DNA of 64,000 nt from Mobula hypostoma (Eukaryota). The stretch covers positions 124,001 to 188,000 of the forward strand of contig NW_026948142.1 of assembly GCF_963921235.1 (NCBI RefSeq). Direction: 5' to 3'. Within the stretch, counting starts at the first letter, position 1, and each line of letters begins with the position of its first letter. A model generated the notes under the pieces. The model saw nothing but the letters and a program-made list of their open reading frames with translations. It was not told the origin of the DNA and searched no databases. The position numbers and the translations under genes were made by a program. Below are positions 34,771-46,830 of the stretch, in pieces.

Positions 34771-37699
34771 TGAAGTACTAGGGACAGGACTAGGATACAG
34801 GCTGAGGGCAAGGACATGGACACGAAAACCAGGAACCCGGAACAGGACTGGACAAGAGAGCTAGGAGCCCGGGCTTGGACTCCGAGCCAGAGACTGGATA
34901 AGGACCCAGTACCTGGGACTTGCCTCTGGCTCGGACCCCAGAACTAGGCAAGAACGAGGCTTGGCAGGAGGCAGAAGGCTGGAGTCTTCAGGCTAGAGGC
35001 GAGGCTTGGCAGGAGGCTGAAGTCTTCAGGCTTGAGGCTAGAGGCTAGAGACGAGGCTTGGCAAGAGGCTGGAGGCTGGGGTCTTCGGGCTTGAGGCTGG
35101 GCAGGAGGCTGGAGTCTTCGGGCTTGAGGCTGGGCAGGAGGCTGGAGTCTTCGGGCTTGAGGCTGGGCAGGCTCCTCCTAGGGCAGGGCACGGTTCACCT
35201 GGGCAGGGCGCGGATCACCACCTGACGGAGGCATGGGACAGGAAGGGACAGAACCAACCGCAGGTAACGGCAAGACGGCCTGGCTTACCCAATGGAGGGA
35301 AGGGACAGAACAAACTGCAGGTAACGGCAAGACGGCCTGGCTTACCTGGGTGGAGGCAAGGGACAGGAAGGGAGCTAGGTACAGGGTGGCTCCTGGACAA
35401 GACTGCAGGCGAGACGAGGCGAGAGTTACCAGCAAGACAAGGCAAGGCTTCAGGCAAAGCAAGGTGAGACGAGAACTTCAGGTGAGGCGAGAGTTACCGG
35501 CAAGACAAGGCAGGGCTTCTGGCAAAGCAAGGTGAGATGAGAACTTCAGGTGAGGCGAGAGTTACCGGCAAGACAAGGCAGGGCAGGGCTTCAGGTGAGG
35601 AAACAGAAGGCAGGGGAAGGGATACAAGGAGTAAGGACAAGAACAATCCAGCAGCCACGCCCTGGTCTCTGAAGGTATTTATGCAGCCAGCCTCAACGGT
35701 GGTCAGCTGACTCAATTAGAGCTCAACAAGAACAGAAACAGGGTAGACAGGAAAACCTGGAGCAAGAGTCAATGGACTGGACCGTGAACTGGCATACGGA
35801 CTTCATGGACTGGATCATGACATAAGGATACTATCAGAACGAGCTATTCAAGTGCAGAAAGATTTGTTTGTTGTATTGACTACACAAAAATATTTGATAT
35901 TGTGCTTCACTTTAAGTTATTTGAAATATTACAGAAAACTCTAGATCTAGATTCGAAAGACCTCTGCCTAATCAGAAATCTGTACTGGGAACAAACTACC
36001 GCTGTAAGAATAGATGGAGGAGTAAGTCAGTTTACGAAAATTAAGAGAAGCATTAGACAAGGGTGTGTTTTCTCCCCTGATTTATTTAATGTGTACAGTG
36101 AAACAATATTACAAAAAAATAAGAGACATCTCAAACTTGGCGATGAAAACATCAATAATTTCAGATATGCAGATGACACTGTGTTAATTGCAAGTACGGA
36201 GGAAGAACTACAAAACTTAATTGATATAATTGTTGAAGAAAGTGCAAAAATGGATCTGTCTATCAACTGCAAAAAGAGAATGTATGGTGATATCCAAAAA
36301 AGAGAATCCTATCTGCAGGCTGAGAATAAATAGGGAAGACATAAAACAAGTAAAGAACTTTTGCTACTTAGGAAGCTGGGTGACATCAAAAGAAGAATAG
36401 GGATGGCAAAAGACACCTTTACGAGAATGAAGAGTATACTGACCAATACTAAACTAGGCATGGCAACCCTCCTCAGAGTACTGAAATGTTACGTTTATCC
36501 AGTTATGTTATATGGCTCAGAATGTTGGACAATATCTAGTAACATGAGGAAACGAATTGTAGCAGCAGAGATGTGGTTTTTGAGGAGGATGCAAAGAATA
36601 TCATGGATGAAACGAATATCTAATGAGGATGTCATGAACAGCAAACACAAAAAGAGAAATAATGTATGAGATCATGAAAAGGAAACGTAACTTCATTGGA
36701 CATGTGATTAGGAAAGAGGAGTTAGAATGCACGGTAATTATGGGAAAGATTGAAGGGAAGAAAGCAAGAGGAAGACAAAGACAAATGATGATGGAGACAG
36801 CAGCCAGAGAACTGGAAATGAATACCAGTGAATTGATCCACTTGACCCGAAACAGGAGTGTGTGGGCCATGGCAGTCAAAGCTCAAACTGGGCATGGAAC
36901 CTGATGATGATGATGATGATGATAGCTTACATTTATAGATTTATTGTATATCCAAAATGTGACACTAAGCACAGGAGTGTCTCTACATAAGGTGACTAAC
37001 AGGAAATGATAACATAATAGTGATTGGGGATGTGGTGGGGTGGGTTAGTGGGTGGAGGTGTTGATCAGCCTTACTGCTTGAGAAAAGTAACATGAGTCTG
37101 GTGGTTCTGGCATGGATGCTGTATAGCCTCCTCCCTGATGGGAGTGAGACAAACAATCCAGGAGTAGGGTGATGTTCCTGGCACTTTTCCAGTACTTTTC
37201 TATATATATGTCCTTAATGTCAGGTAGGCTAGTACCAGCAATGTGTTGGGCAGTTTTGACTGCCTGTTGTAGAGCCTTCCTGTCCGCCACAGTGATGCAG
37301 CATGTTAGGATACTCTCCTGTGCATCTGGAGAAGGATATGAGTAAGGACATGCATAGTTGAGATCTCTTCAGCCTCCTCCAGAAAGTAGACGTGTTGATG
37401 AGCTTTCCTGACTGTGTAAAATGTATTCAAGGACAATGTGATCTTGTACAAGATATGCATTCCTAGGAATTTGAAGCTACTCACAGTTTCCACCGCTGCC
37501 TTGATGTAAAGAGGGGTGTGAGTGATGCAAGTTCTCCTGAAGTCTTGTTGGCATTGAGGAATTTCAATAAATCTGGTAGGAGTTAAGTTTAAGCTCTGCT
37601 TCAAAGTTAGTGTCTTGTGTTAGGGTTATAGATTTGGGGTTGCAGGTAACAAAACAGATAGATATCCATGGTATTTGTTATTTGCACAAAAGCAAGTAA

Positions 37700-38450
37700 G
37701 AAAATTTGGGCCAAGAAATGGCAGATGGAGTTTAATTTAGCCAAGTCTGAGGTAATGCGCTTAGGAAGGTCAAATGCAAAAGAAAGGTATGCAGTATATA
37801 GCAGGACCCGTAATGTACAGGGTGATAGTTGGATAAAATACCTTAGTTCCCTGAAAGTCCAACACAAGGGTAGTACAGAAGGCACATTGCATGCTTGCGT
37901 TCATTAGTCAAGGTATTGAGTATAAGGGTTGGGAAGTCGTATTGCAGCTGTGCCACTACTGGAGTACTGTGTATAGTTCTGGTCACAGGAAGGATGTGGA
38001 AGTTTTGGAGAGAGTGCAGAAGAGGTTCACTGGGATGCTACTACATTGGGGAATATGGCCTATAAGGAGAGGTTGGGCAAACTTGGCTTGTTTTCTCTGG
38101 AGTGATGGGGGCTGAGGTGAGATGTGGTAGAAGTTTATAAAATGATAAGAGACAGAGGTAGGATTGGCAGTCAGATTCTTTTCCTTTGATGACATAAGTT
38201 TATAGTGAGAGGGGAAAAGTTTAAAGGAGTTTGTGAGGCAAGTTTTGATTTCACTCAGAGTTCTGGGTGCCTGGAACTGGCTGCCAGGTACGGACACAAT
38301 GGCAACATCTAAGAGGCAATTAGATAGGCAAGTGAAGAGGCAGGGACTGGGAGATATGAATCATGTGTAGGCAGATTGGATTACTTTAGATTTGCATTGT
38401 GACGGGCACACACATGTTTGCTGAAAGGCCTGTTCAGTGCTGTGTTGTTG
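37700..38450 (+). mobile_element. Old CR1 3' fragment
   Basis: KWQMEFN, ERVQKRFT. Confidence 0.7.
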
Positions 38451-38547
38451 TATGTATGTGATTGGAGTCAGGCAGTTTGGCCTAAGGGACAGGTTTAAGG
38501 TCAGAGCCAGCCATGTGCATCTCATTGTGACTCTTTCAATATCACAG

Positions 38548-38736
38548 ATACGTACCTGAATGATCTGAAGACTGGGATCTGTGCAAAGGAAGGGGAACCC
38601 ACTGTTGAAAAGTTCACTGAAGCCACTGCATTGGTGAATGGCAATAACTTGCTTGGACCTGTTGTCGGCAACTTCTGCATCAATCTTGCTATCAAAAAGG
38701 CCAAAGAAGTGGGAATAGGCTGGGTGTGTGCTTATG
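38548..38736 (+). CDS. Ldh_2-family oxidoreductase, exon 3 (DTYLNDLKTGICAKEGEPTVEKFTEATALVNGNNLLGPVVGNFCINLAIKKAKEVGIGWVCAY)
   Basis: cacAG acceptor (38546-38547); donor GTGAGT at 38737; 189 nt, phase 1-1. The G-x-N-x-L-G and A-x-x-K-A-K-x-x-G-I-G motifs are typical of the family. Confidence 0.93.
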
Positions 38737-39107
38737 GTGAGTAGCTGGACTATGTATATAAGAAAATAAGAGCAGTAGTCCCCCGAATATGCTCCACCAG
38801 TCCTTCCACATGGACTTTGTCCCATTCTCTGAGTTCTTCCGTCTCCACAGTATGACAAGTACATGCAGAGAAAATTTACAAAGAATATTGCCAGGCTTAA
38901 TTCCCTAGTACATGAAAATGAGGGGAGATTCGATGGAGTTGCAATGGGTTCCGGTTAATTGGACCATTGGTTAATTAGGACAGCTGTTTATTTCAGAATC
39001 AAAATCAGGTTTAATATCACTGGCATATGTCATGAAATTTGATAACTTTGGGGCAGCACTACAATGCAATTTATGATAATATAGAAAAAAAACGTGAATT
39101 ACTGTAA

Positions 39108-39108
<1 letters not shown>

Positions 39109-39144
<36 letters not shown>
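39109..39144. repeat. (TA)n microsatellite
   Basis: About 18 TA units. Confidence 0.95.
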
Positions 39145-39151
<7 letters not shown>

Positions 39152-40086
39152 TAACTTAATTAAGTAGTGCAAAAAAACAGAAATAAAGAAGTAGTGAGGT
39201 GGTGTTCATGGGTTCAATGTCCATTCAGAAATCGGATGGCAGAGGGGAAGAAGCTGTCCTGGAATCACTGAGTATGTGCCTTCAGGTTTCTGTACTTCCT
39301 TCCTGAAAGTAACAATGAGACGAGGTCAGGTCCTGGTTATGGGGGTCCTTAATGATGGATGCCGCCTTTTTTAGGCATTGCCCCTTGAAGATGTTTTGGA
39401 TGCTACAAAGGCCAGTGCCCGTGATGGAGCTGACTAATTTTAAACTCTCTGCACCTTACTTTGATCCTGTGCAGTAGCCCCCTCCGATACCAGATGGTGA
39501 TGCAGCCAGTTAGAATGCTCTCCATGGTAGAAATTTGCGAGCGTTTTAGGTGATATAGCAAATCTCCTCTAAATCCTAATGAAATATAGCTGCTGTCTAG
39601 CCTTCTTGATAGTTGCATCATTTATGTTGGGACCAGGTTAGATACTCAGAGATATTAACACCCAGCAACTTGAAATTGCTCACTCTTTCCACTTCTGACC
39701 CCTCTATGAATACTGATGTGTGTTCCCTCACCTTACCCTTTCTGAGGTCCACAATCAGTTCTTTGGTCTTTGATTGTTGCTGCAACTCCACTCAACGAGC
39801 TCCTGTTCACCCTCTCGTCACCATTCTGTAAACAATGGTTGTATCATCAGCGAAGTTATAGGTGGTATTTGAGCTGTGCCTAGTCACACAGTCATGGGTG
39901 TAGAGAGAGTAGAACAGTGGGCGAAGCACACATCCCAGAGGTGCGCCAGTATTGATTGTCAGTGAGCTGGAGATGTTATTTCCAATTCAGAGTGTAGTCT
40001 TCCCATTTGGAAGTCGATGATCCATTTGCAGAGGGAGGTACAGAGGCCCAGGTTCTGTAGCTTTTTGATCAGGGCTATAGGATTCA

Positions 40087-43000
40087 TCAGGCTTGAGTTT
40101 CTGGGAAAAATGAAGGTGGTGTAGGATAGATGTATTCCAAAAACAAAGAAATACTCAAATGGTAAAATAGTACAACCGTGGCTGACAAGCAAAGTCAAAG
40201 CTAACGTAGAAGCAAAAGAGAGGACATACAAATAAAGCAACAATTAGCGGGAAGATAAAGGATTGGGAAGCCTTCAAAAGTCTACAGAAATAACTAAAGG
40301 TAGTATTAGAAGGGAATAGATGAAATATGAAAGCAAGGTAGCAAACAATATCAAGGTGGGTAGAAAAAGTTTTTTCAAGTATATAAAAAATAAAAGAGAG
40401 ATGAAAGTGCATATAGGACTGCTAGAATATAAAGCTAGAGAAGTAGTAATGGGGGACAGGGAGATGGCAGATAAACTAAATGAGTATTTTGCATCAGTGC
40501 TCACAGTGGAAGACACTAGCAGTGTGCCAGGTGTTGAAAGTAGTGAGGGAAGAGAAATGAGTGCAGCTACTATGACAAGGGAGAACGTGCCAAAGAGCTG
40601 AAAGACCTAAAGGTACAAAAGTCACCCAGACCAGATGAACTGCACCCTAGAGCTCTGAAAGAGGTAGTGATAGAGATTGTGGAGGCATTAGTGATGATCT
40701 TTCAAGAATCATCGGACTTTGGCATGTTTCTGGAGGACTGGAAAATTGCAAATGTCATTCCACTCTTTAGGAAAGGAGGGTGGCAGCGGAAAGGAATTTA
40801 TAGACCTGTTAGCCTGACCTCAGTGATAGGAAGATGTTGGAGACAATTGTTAAGGATTAGGTTATGGATAGTCAAAGGCTTTTTCCCAGGGCTGAAATGG
40901 CTAACACGAGGGGGCATAATTTTGATGAGTTTAGAAATAGGTACCAAGGGGATGTCAGGGGTAAGTTTTTCACACAGAGAGAGGTGGGTGCACTGAATGC
41001 ACTGCCGACAACAATGCTGGAGACAAATACAATAGGGTCTTTTAACAGACTCTTAGATAGATATATGGAGCTTAGGAAAATAGAGGGCTATGCAGTAAGG
41101 TAATTCTAAGCAGTTTCTACAGTAGGTTACATGGTCAGCACAACATTGTGGGCCGAAGGGCCTGTAATGTGCTGTAGATTTGAATGTTCTATGTTCTTGG
41201 TGACACAGGACAAGACAGGACAAAGTCAGCATGGTTTCTTTAAGGGAAAATCATACTTGATAAACCTGTTGGAATTCTTTGAGGAGATTACAAGTAGGAT
41301 AGATAAAGGGGATGCAGTGGATTTTGTGTATTTGGATTTTCAGAAGTCCTTTGACATGGTGCCACACATGAGGCTGCTTACCAAGTTAAGAGCCCATGGT
41401 ATTGCAAGAAGGTTGCTAGCATGCTTAAAGCATTGGCTGATTTGTAAGAGGCAGCAAGTGGGAATGAAAGAATTCTTTTCTGTTTGGCTGCCAGTGACTA
41501 GTGGTGTTCTGTGTTGGGACGGCTTCTTTTTATGCTGTATGGCAATGATTTAGATGATGGAATAGATGGCTTTGTTGCCAAGTTTGCAGATGATACGAAA
41601 AATGATGGAGGGGCAGGTAGTGTTGAGAAAACTGGTAGGCAGCAAAAGAACTGAGACAGATTTGGAGGATGGACAAGAAATTGACAAATGAAATACAGTG
41701 TCAGAAAATGCATTGTCATGCACTTTGGTGAAGAGATAACTGTGCAGACTGTTTTCTAAACAGGGGAAAATCCAAAAATCTGAGATGCAAAGGGACTTGG
41801 GAGTCCCTGTGCAGAACAACCTAAAAGTTAACTTGCAGTTGAGTCGGTGGTGAGGAAGCCAAATGCAATGTTGGCATTCATTTCAGGCGGTCCAGAATAC
41901 AAGAGCAGGGATGTGATACTGAGCCTTCAGAAGGCACTGGTGAGGCCTCACGTTGAGTGTTGTGAACAGTTGTGGGCTCCTTATGTAAGAAAGGGTGTGT
42001 TAGCATTGGAGGGGATTTAGAGGAGGTTCAGAAAGATGATTCCAGGAATGAAAGGGTTATCACGTAGAAACATAGAAAACCTACAGCACATAACAGGCCC
42101 ATCGGCCCACAAAACTGTGCCAAATATGTCCTTACCTTAGAAATGATCTAGGGTTACACATAGCCCGCAATTTTTCAAAGCTCCATATACCTATCCAGGA
42201 GCCCCTTAAAAGATCCTATTGTATCCGCCTCCACTACTGTCACTAGCAGCCCATTCCACACACTCATCACTTTCTGCGTTTATAAAAAAAAACTTCCTCC
42301 TGACATCTCCTCTGTACCTACTTCCAAGCACTTTAAAACTGTGCCCTCTTGTGCTAGCCATTTCAGCCCTGGAAAGGAGCCTCTGACTATCCACATGATC
42401 AATACCTCTTATCACCTTCTACACCTCTATCAGGTCACCTCTCATCCTCTGTCGCTCCAAGGAGAAAAGGCCGAGTTCACTCAACCTATTCTCATAAGGC
42501 ATGCTCCCCAATCCAGGCAACATCTCCTCTGCACTCTTTCTATGGTTTCCATATCCTTCCTGCAATGAGGCGACCAGAACAGAGCACAATACTCCAAGTG
42601 GGACTTGGGTCTGACCAGGGTCCTATATAGATGCAACATTACCTCTCGGCTCTTAAACTCAATCCCACGAATGATGAAGGCCAATGCACTGTATGCCTTC
42701 CTAACCACAGAGTCAACCTGCACAGCAGCTTTGAGTGTCCTTTGACTCAGACCCCAAGATCCCTCTGATCCTCCACACTGCCAAGAGTCTTATCATTAAT
42801 ACAATATTCTGCCATCATATTTGAAATACCAAAATGAACTACCTCACACTTATCTGGGTTGAACTCCATCTGCCACTTCTCAGGCCAATTTTGCATCCTA
42901 TCAATGTCCCGCTGTAACCTCTGACAGCCCTCCACACTACTCACAACACCCCCAATCTTTGTGTCATCAGCAAATTTATAAACCCATCCCTCCACTTCCT

Positions 43001-46000
43001 CATCCAAGTCATTTATAAAAATCACTAAGAGTAGGGGTCCCAGAGCAGATCCCTAAGGCACTCCACTGGTCACCAACCTCCATGCAGAACATAACCACTC
43101 TTTGCCTTCTGTGGGCAAGCCAATTCTGGATCCACAAAGCAATGTCCCCTTGGATCCCATGCCTCTTTACTTTCTCAATAAGCCTTGCATGGGGTACCTT
43201 ATCAAATACCTTGCTGAAATCCAGATACACTACATCTACTGCTCTATCTTCATCAGTGTGTTTAGTCACATCTTCAAAAAATTCAATCAGGCTCATAAGG
43301 CATGACCTGCCTGTCACAAAGCCATGCTGACTATTCCTAATCATATTATGCCTCTCCAAATATTCATAAGTCCTGCCTCTCAGGACCTTCTCCATCAACT
43401 TACCAACCACTGATGTAAGACTCACTCGTCTATAATTTCCTGGGCTATCTCTACTCCCTTTCTTCAATAAGCGAATAACATCCGCAACCCTCCAATCCTC
43501 CGGAACCTCTCCCGTCCCCATTGATGATGCAAAGATCATTGCCAGAGGCTTGGCAATCTCCTCCCTCGCCTCCCACAGTAGCCAGGGGTACATCTCATCC
43601 GGTCCTGGTGGCTTATCCAACTTGATGCTTTCCAAAAGCTCCAGCACATCCTCTTCCTTAATATCTACATGCTCAAGCTTTTCAGTCCATTGTATGTCAT
43701 CCCTACAATCACCAAGATCCTTTTCCGTAGTGAATACTGAAGCAAAGTTTACACTGTCACACTTGATTGCTCCTATTCTCTCAAGCCTTGCCCTCTTGCT
43801 CTTCACATACTTGTAGAATGCCTTGGTGTTTTCCTTAATCCTGTCTGCCAAGACCTTTTCGTGGCCTCTTCTGGCTCTCCTAATTTCTTTCTTAAGCTCC
43901 TGCCTGCTAGCCTTATAATCTTCTAGATCTCTATTGTTATGTAGTTTTTTGAACCTTTTGTAAGCTCTTCTTTTCTTCTTGACTAGATTTACAACAGCCT
44001 TAGTGCATCACGGCTCCTGTACCCTTTCATCCTTTCCCTGTCTCATTGGATCGTACCTATGCAGAACCCCACGCAAATATCCCCTGAATATTTGCCACAT
44101 TTCTTCCGTACATTTCTCTGAAAACGTCTGTTTCCAATTTATGCTTCCAAGTTCCTGCCTGATAGCCTGATATTTCCCCTTACTCCAATTAAATGCTTTC
44201 CTAACTTGTCTGTTCCTATCCCTCTCCAAAGCTATGGTAAAGGAGATAGAATTGTGATTACTATCTCCAAAATGCTCTCCCACTGAGAGATCTGACACCT
44301 GCCCAGGTTCGTTTCCCAATACCAGATCAAGTGCAGCCTCTCCTCTTGTAGGCTTATCGACATATTGTGTCAAGAAACCTTCCTGAACACACCTAACAAT
44401 CTCCACCCCACCTAAACCCCTCGGTCTCGTGAGATGCCAATCGATATTTGGGAAATTAAAATCTCCCACCACAACAACGCTATTATTATTACACCTTTCC
44501 AGAATCTGTCTCCCTATCTGCTCCTCGATGTCCCTGTTACTATTGGGTGGTCTCTAAAAAATCACCCAGTAGAGTTATTGACCCCTTCCTGTTCCTAACT
44601 TCCACCCACGGAGACTCTGTAGACAATCCTTTCATAACTTCCTCCATTTCTGCAGCTGTGACACTATCTCTGATCAACAGTGCCACGCCCCACCTCTTTT
44701 GCCTCCCTCCCTATCCTTTATGAAACATCTAAAGTCTGGCATTTGAAGTAACCATTCCTGCCCTTGAGCCATCCAAGTCTCTGTAATGGCCACTATATCA
44801 TATCTCCAAGTGATGATCCATGCTCTAAGCTCATCTGCTTTGTTCATAATACTCCTGGCATTAAAATGGGCACATCTCAAACCATCGGTCTGAGCGCGGC
44901 CCTTTTCTATCACCTGCCTATCCTTCCTCTGGCACTGTCCCCAAGCTTTCTCTATTTGTCAGCTAACCGCCTCTTCCTCCATCACTTCAGTTCGGTTCCC
45001 ACTCCCCAGCAATCCTAGTTTAAACTCTCCCCAGTAGCCTTCGCAAACCTCCCCGCCAGGTCCCCTAGGGATTCAAGTGCAACCCATCCTTTTTGTACAG
45101 GTCACACCTGCCCCAAAAGTAGTCCCAGTGATCCAGAAATCTATATCCCTGCCCTCTGCTCCAATCCCTCAGCCACGCATTTATCCTCCACCTCATTCTA
45201 TTCCTATACTCACTGTTGCGTGGCACCGGCAGTAATCCCAAGATTATTACCTTTGTGGCCCTGCTTCTCAACTTCCTCCTTAACTCCCTGTAGTCTGTTT
45301 TCAGGACCTCCTCCCTTTTCCTGCATATGTCGTTGGTACCAATATGTACCACGACCTCTGGCTGTTCTCCTTCCCACTTCAGGATATCGTGGACGTGATC
45401 AGAAATATCCCAGATCCTGGCACCTGTGAGGCAAAATACCATCCATGTTTCTTCCCTGCATCCACAGAATCACCAGTCTGGCCCCCTAACTATAGAGTCC
45501 CCTATCACTGCTGCCATCCTCTTCCTTTCCCTACCCTTCGGAGCCACAGGGCTAGATCTGTGCCAGAGGCACAGCCACCGTTGCTTCCCTCAGCTAGGCC
45601 GTGTCCCCCGACAGTGCTCAAACAGGAGTACTTATTGTCAAGGGGGACAGCCACTAGGGTACTCTCTAGTATCTGGCTCTTGCCCTTCCCTCTCCTGACT
45701 GTTACCCACCCACCTGTCTCCTGACACCCTAATGTGACTACCTGACTACCTGCCTATAGCTCCTCTCTATCACCTCCTCACTTTCCCTGACCAGACGAAG
45801 GTCATCAAGCTGCATCTCCAGTTCCCTAATGCTCAACGCACCCTGCGCAGATGTGGCCATCCAGGAGACTGGGAGTTTCCCGAACTTCTCACATCTGACA
45901 CCGAGCACAGAACAATGGCCTCACACACATTCTTCCTGTCTGTAATCTACACAAGCAACCTACCTTGCCTCAACCCATTATCGCCTTCCTTCTCTGTCTC

Positions 46001-46575
46001 CCTCTACTCTGTCACCTGCTCCTCTGATGCCCGCTCTATAAAGTTGTCTCCTTTTAAACTCTTCTTACTGTTCTAACTGGCTGACTTCCATGCGCTTGTG
46101 CAGTTGTGCTCCAATCAAACCGCTGAAAAAATAACCGTTTCCTTTTAAACTCTTCTTGCTGTTCTCATTGGCTGACGTCCACACGCTTGCACAGTCGTGC
46201 CCCGATCAAAGTGCTGAAGAAAAATGAGGAATGTTTGATAGCTGTGGGCCTGTACTCTGTGGAATTTGAATTGAGCAGATGTGGAAAGGATGGTTTCCGT
46301 GGTGGAGGAGTCTAGGACAAGAGGGCACAGCCCTCTTTAGCCAGATGGTGGTGAATTTGTGGAATTTGTTATCTCAAGCAGCTGTAGAGGCCAGGCCATT
46401 GGGTGTATTTAAGGCAGAGGTTGAAAGGTTCTTGATTGGCCGTGGCATTAAAGGTTACGGGGAGAAGGCAGGGGAGTGAAGCTGAGGAGGGGGAAAGGAT
46501 CAGCCAAGATTGAATGCCAGAGCAGACTCGATAGTCCAAATGGCCTATCTCTGCTCCTATGTCTTACTGTCTTAT
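40087..46575 (+). mobile_element. CR1 LINE (40087-42062 and 46226-46575), with further CR1 insertions
   Basis: YFASVLT, WKIANVIP, QHGF ORFs. Confidence 0.8.
42063..46225 (-). mobile_element. Near-full-length CR1 LINE (ORF1 esterase, ORF2 APE-RT)
   Basis: Minus-strand ORFs 42206-45442; tail reads TAGAAACATAGAAA on +. Confidence 0.9.
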
Positions 46576-46830
46576 GTAGGAATGATGGTGTTAAACGCTG
46601 AGCTGTAGTCAATAAACAGCATCCTTACATAGGTATTTGTATTGTCCAGGTGATCTAAGGTTGCATGTCCGCCTTAGACCTATTGTGGCCATAGGTAAAT
46701 TGCAGTTGGTCCAGGTCCTTGCTGAGGCAGGAGTTATTTCTAGCCATAACCAACCTCTCAAAGCACTTCATCATCGTAGATGTGAGCACTACTGGACAAT
46801 CATCGTTAAGGCAACTCACAATGCTCCTAG

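Larger units (their letters stand above)
30364..35822. mobile_element. Solo-LTR-type element with internal tandem repeats, nested in RTE
   Basis: TGTCAT...ATGACA termini; 5-bp TSD TAAGG (30359-30363, 35823-35827). Confidence 0.85.
30064..36922 (+). mobile_element. RTE (BovB-like) LINE, 5'-truncated (30064-30363 and 35823-36922)
   Basis: RQGCVFSPDLFNVY, FRYADDTVL, LYGSECWT; (TGA)n tail at 36902-36922. Confidence 0.88.
29930..37600 (-). mobile_element. Rex1/Babar-like LINE 3' portion (29930-30063 and 36923-37600), hosting nested insertions
   Basis: ORFs 37045-37604 (VSSFKFLG, RKALQQAVKTAQHI). Confidence 0.65.

Noticed and set aside
36895..36925. CTGATGA as a hammerhead core
   Set aside because: It is the start of the RTE (TGA)n tail, with no stem II or GAAA.
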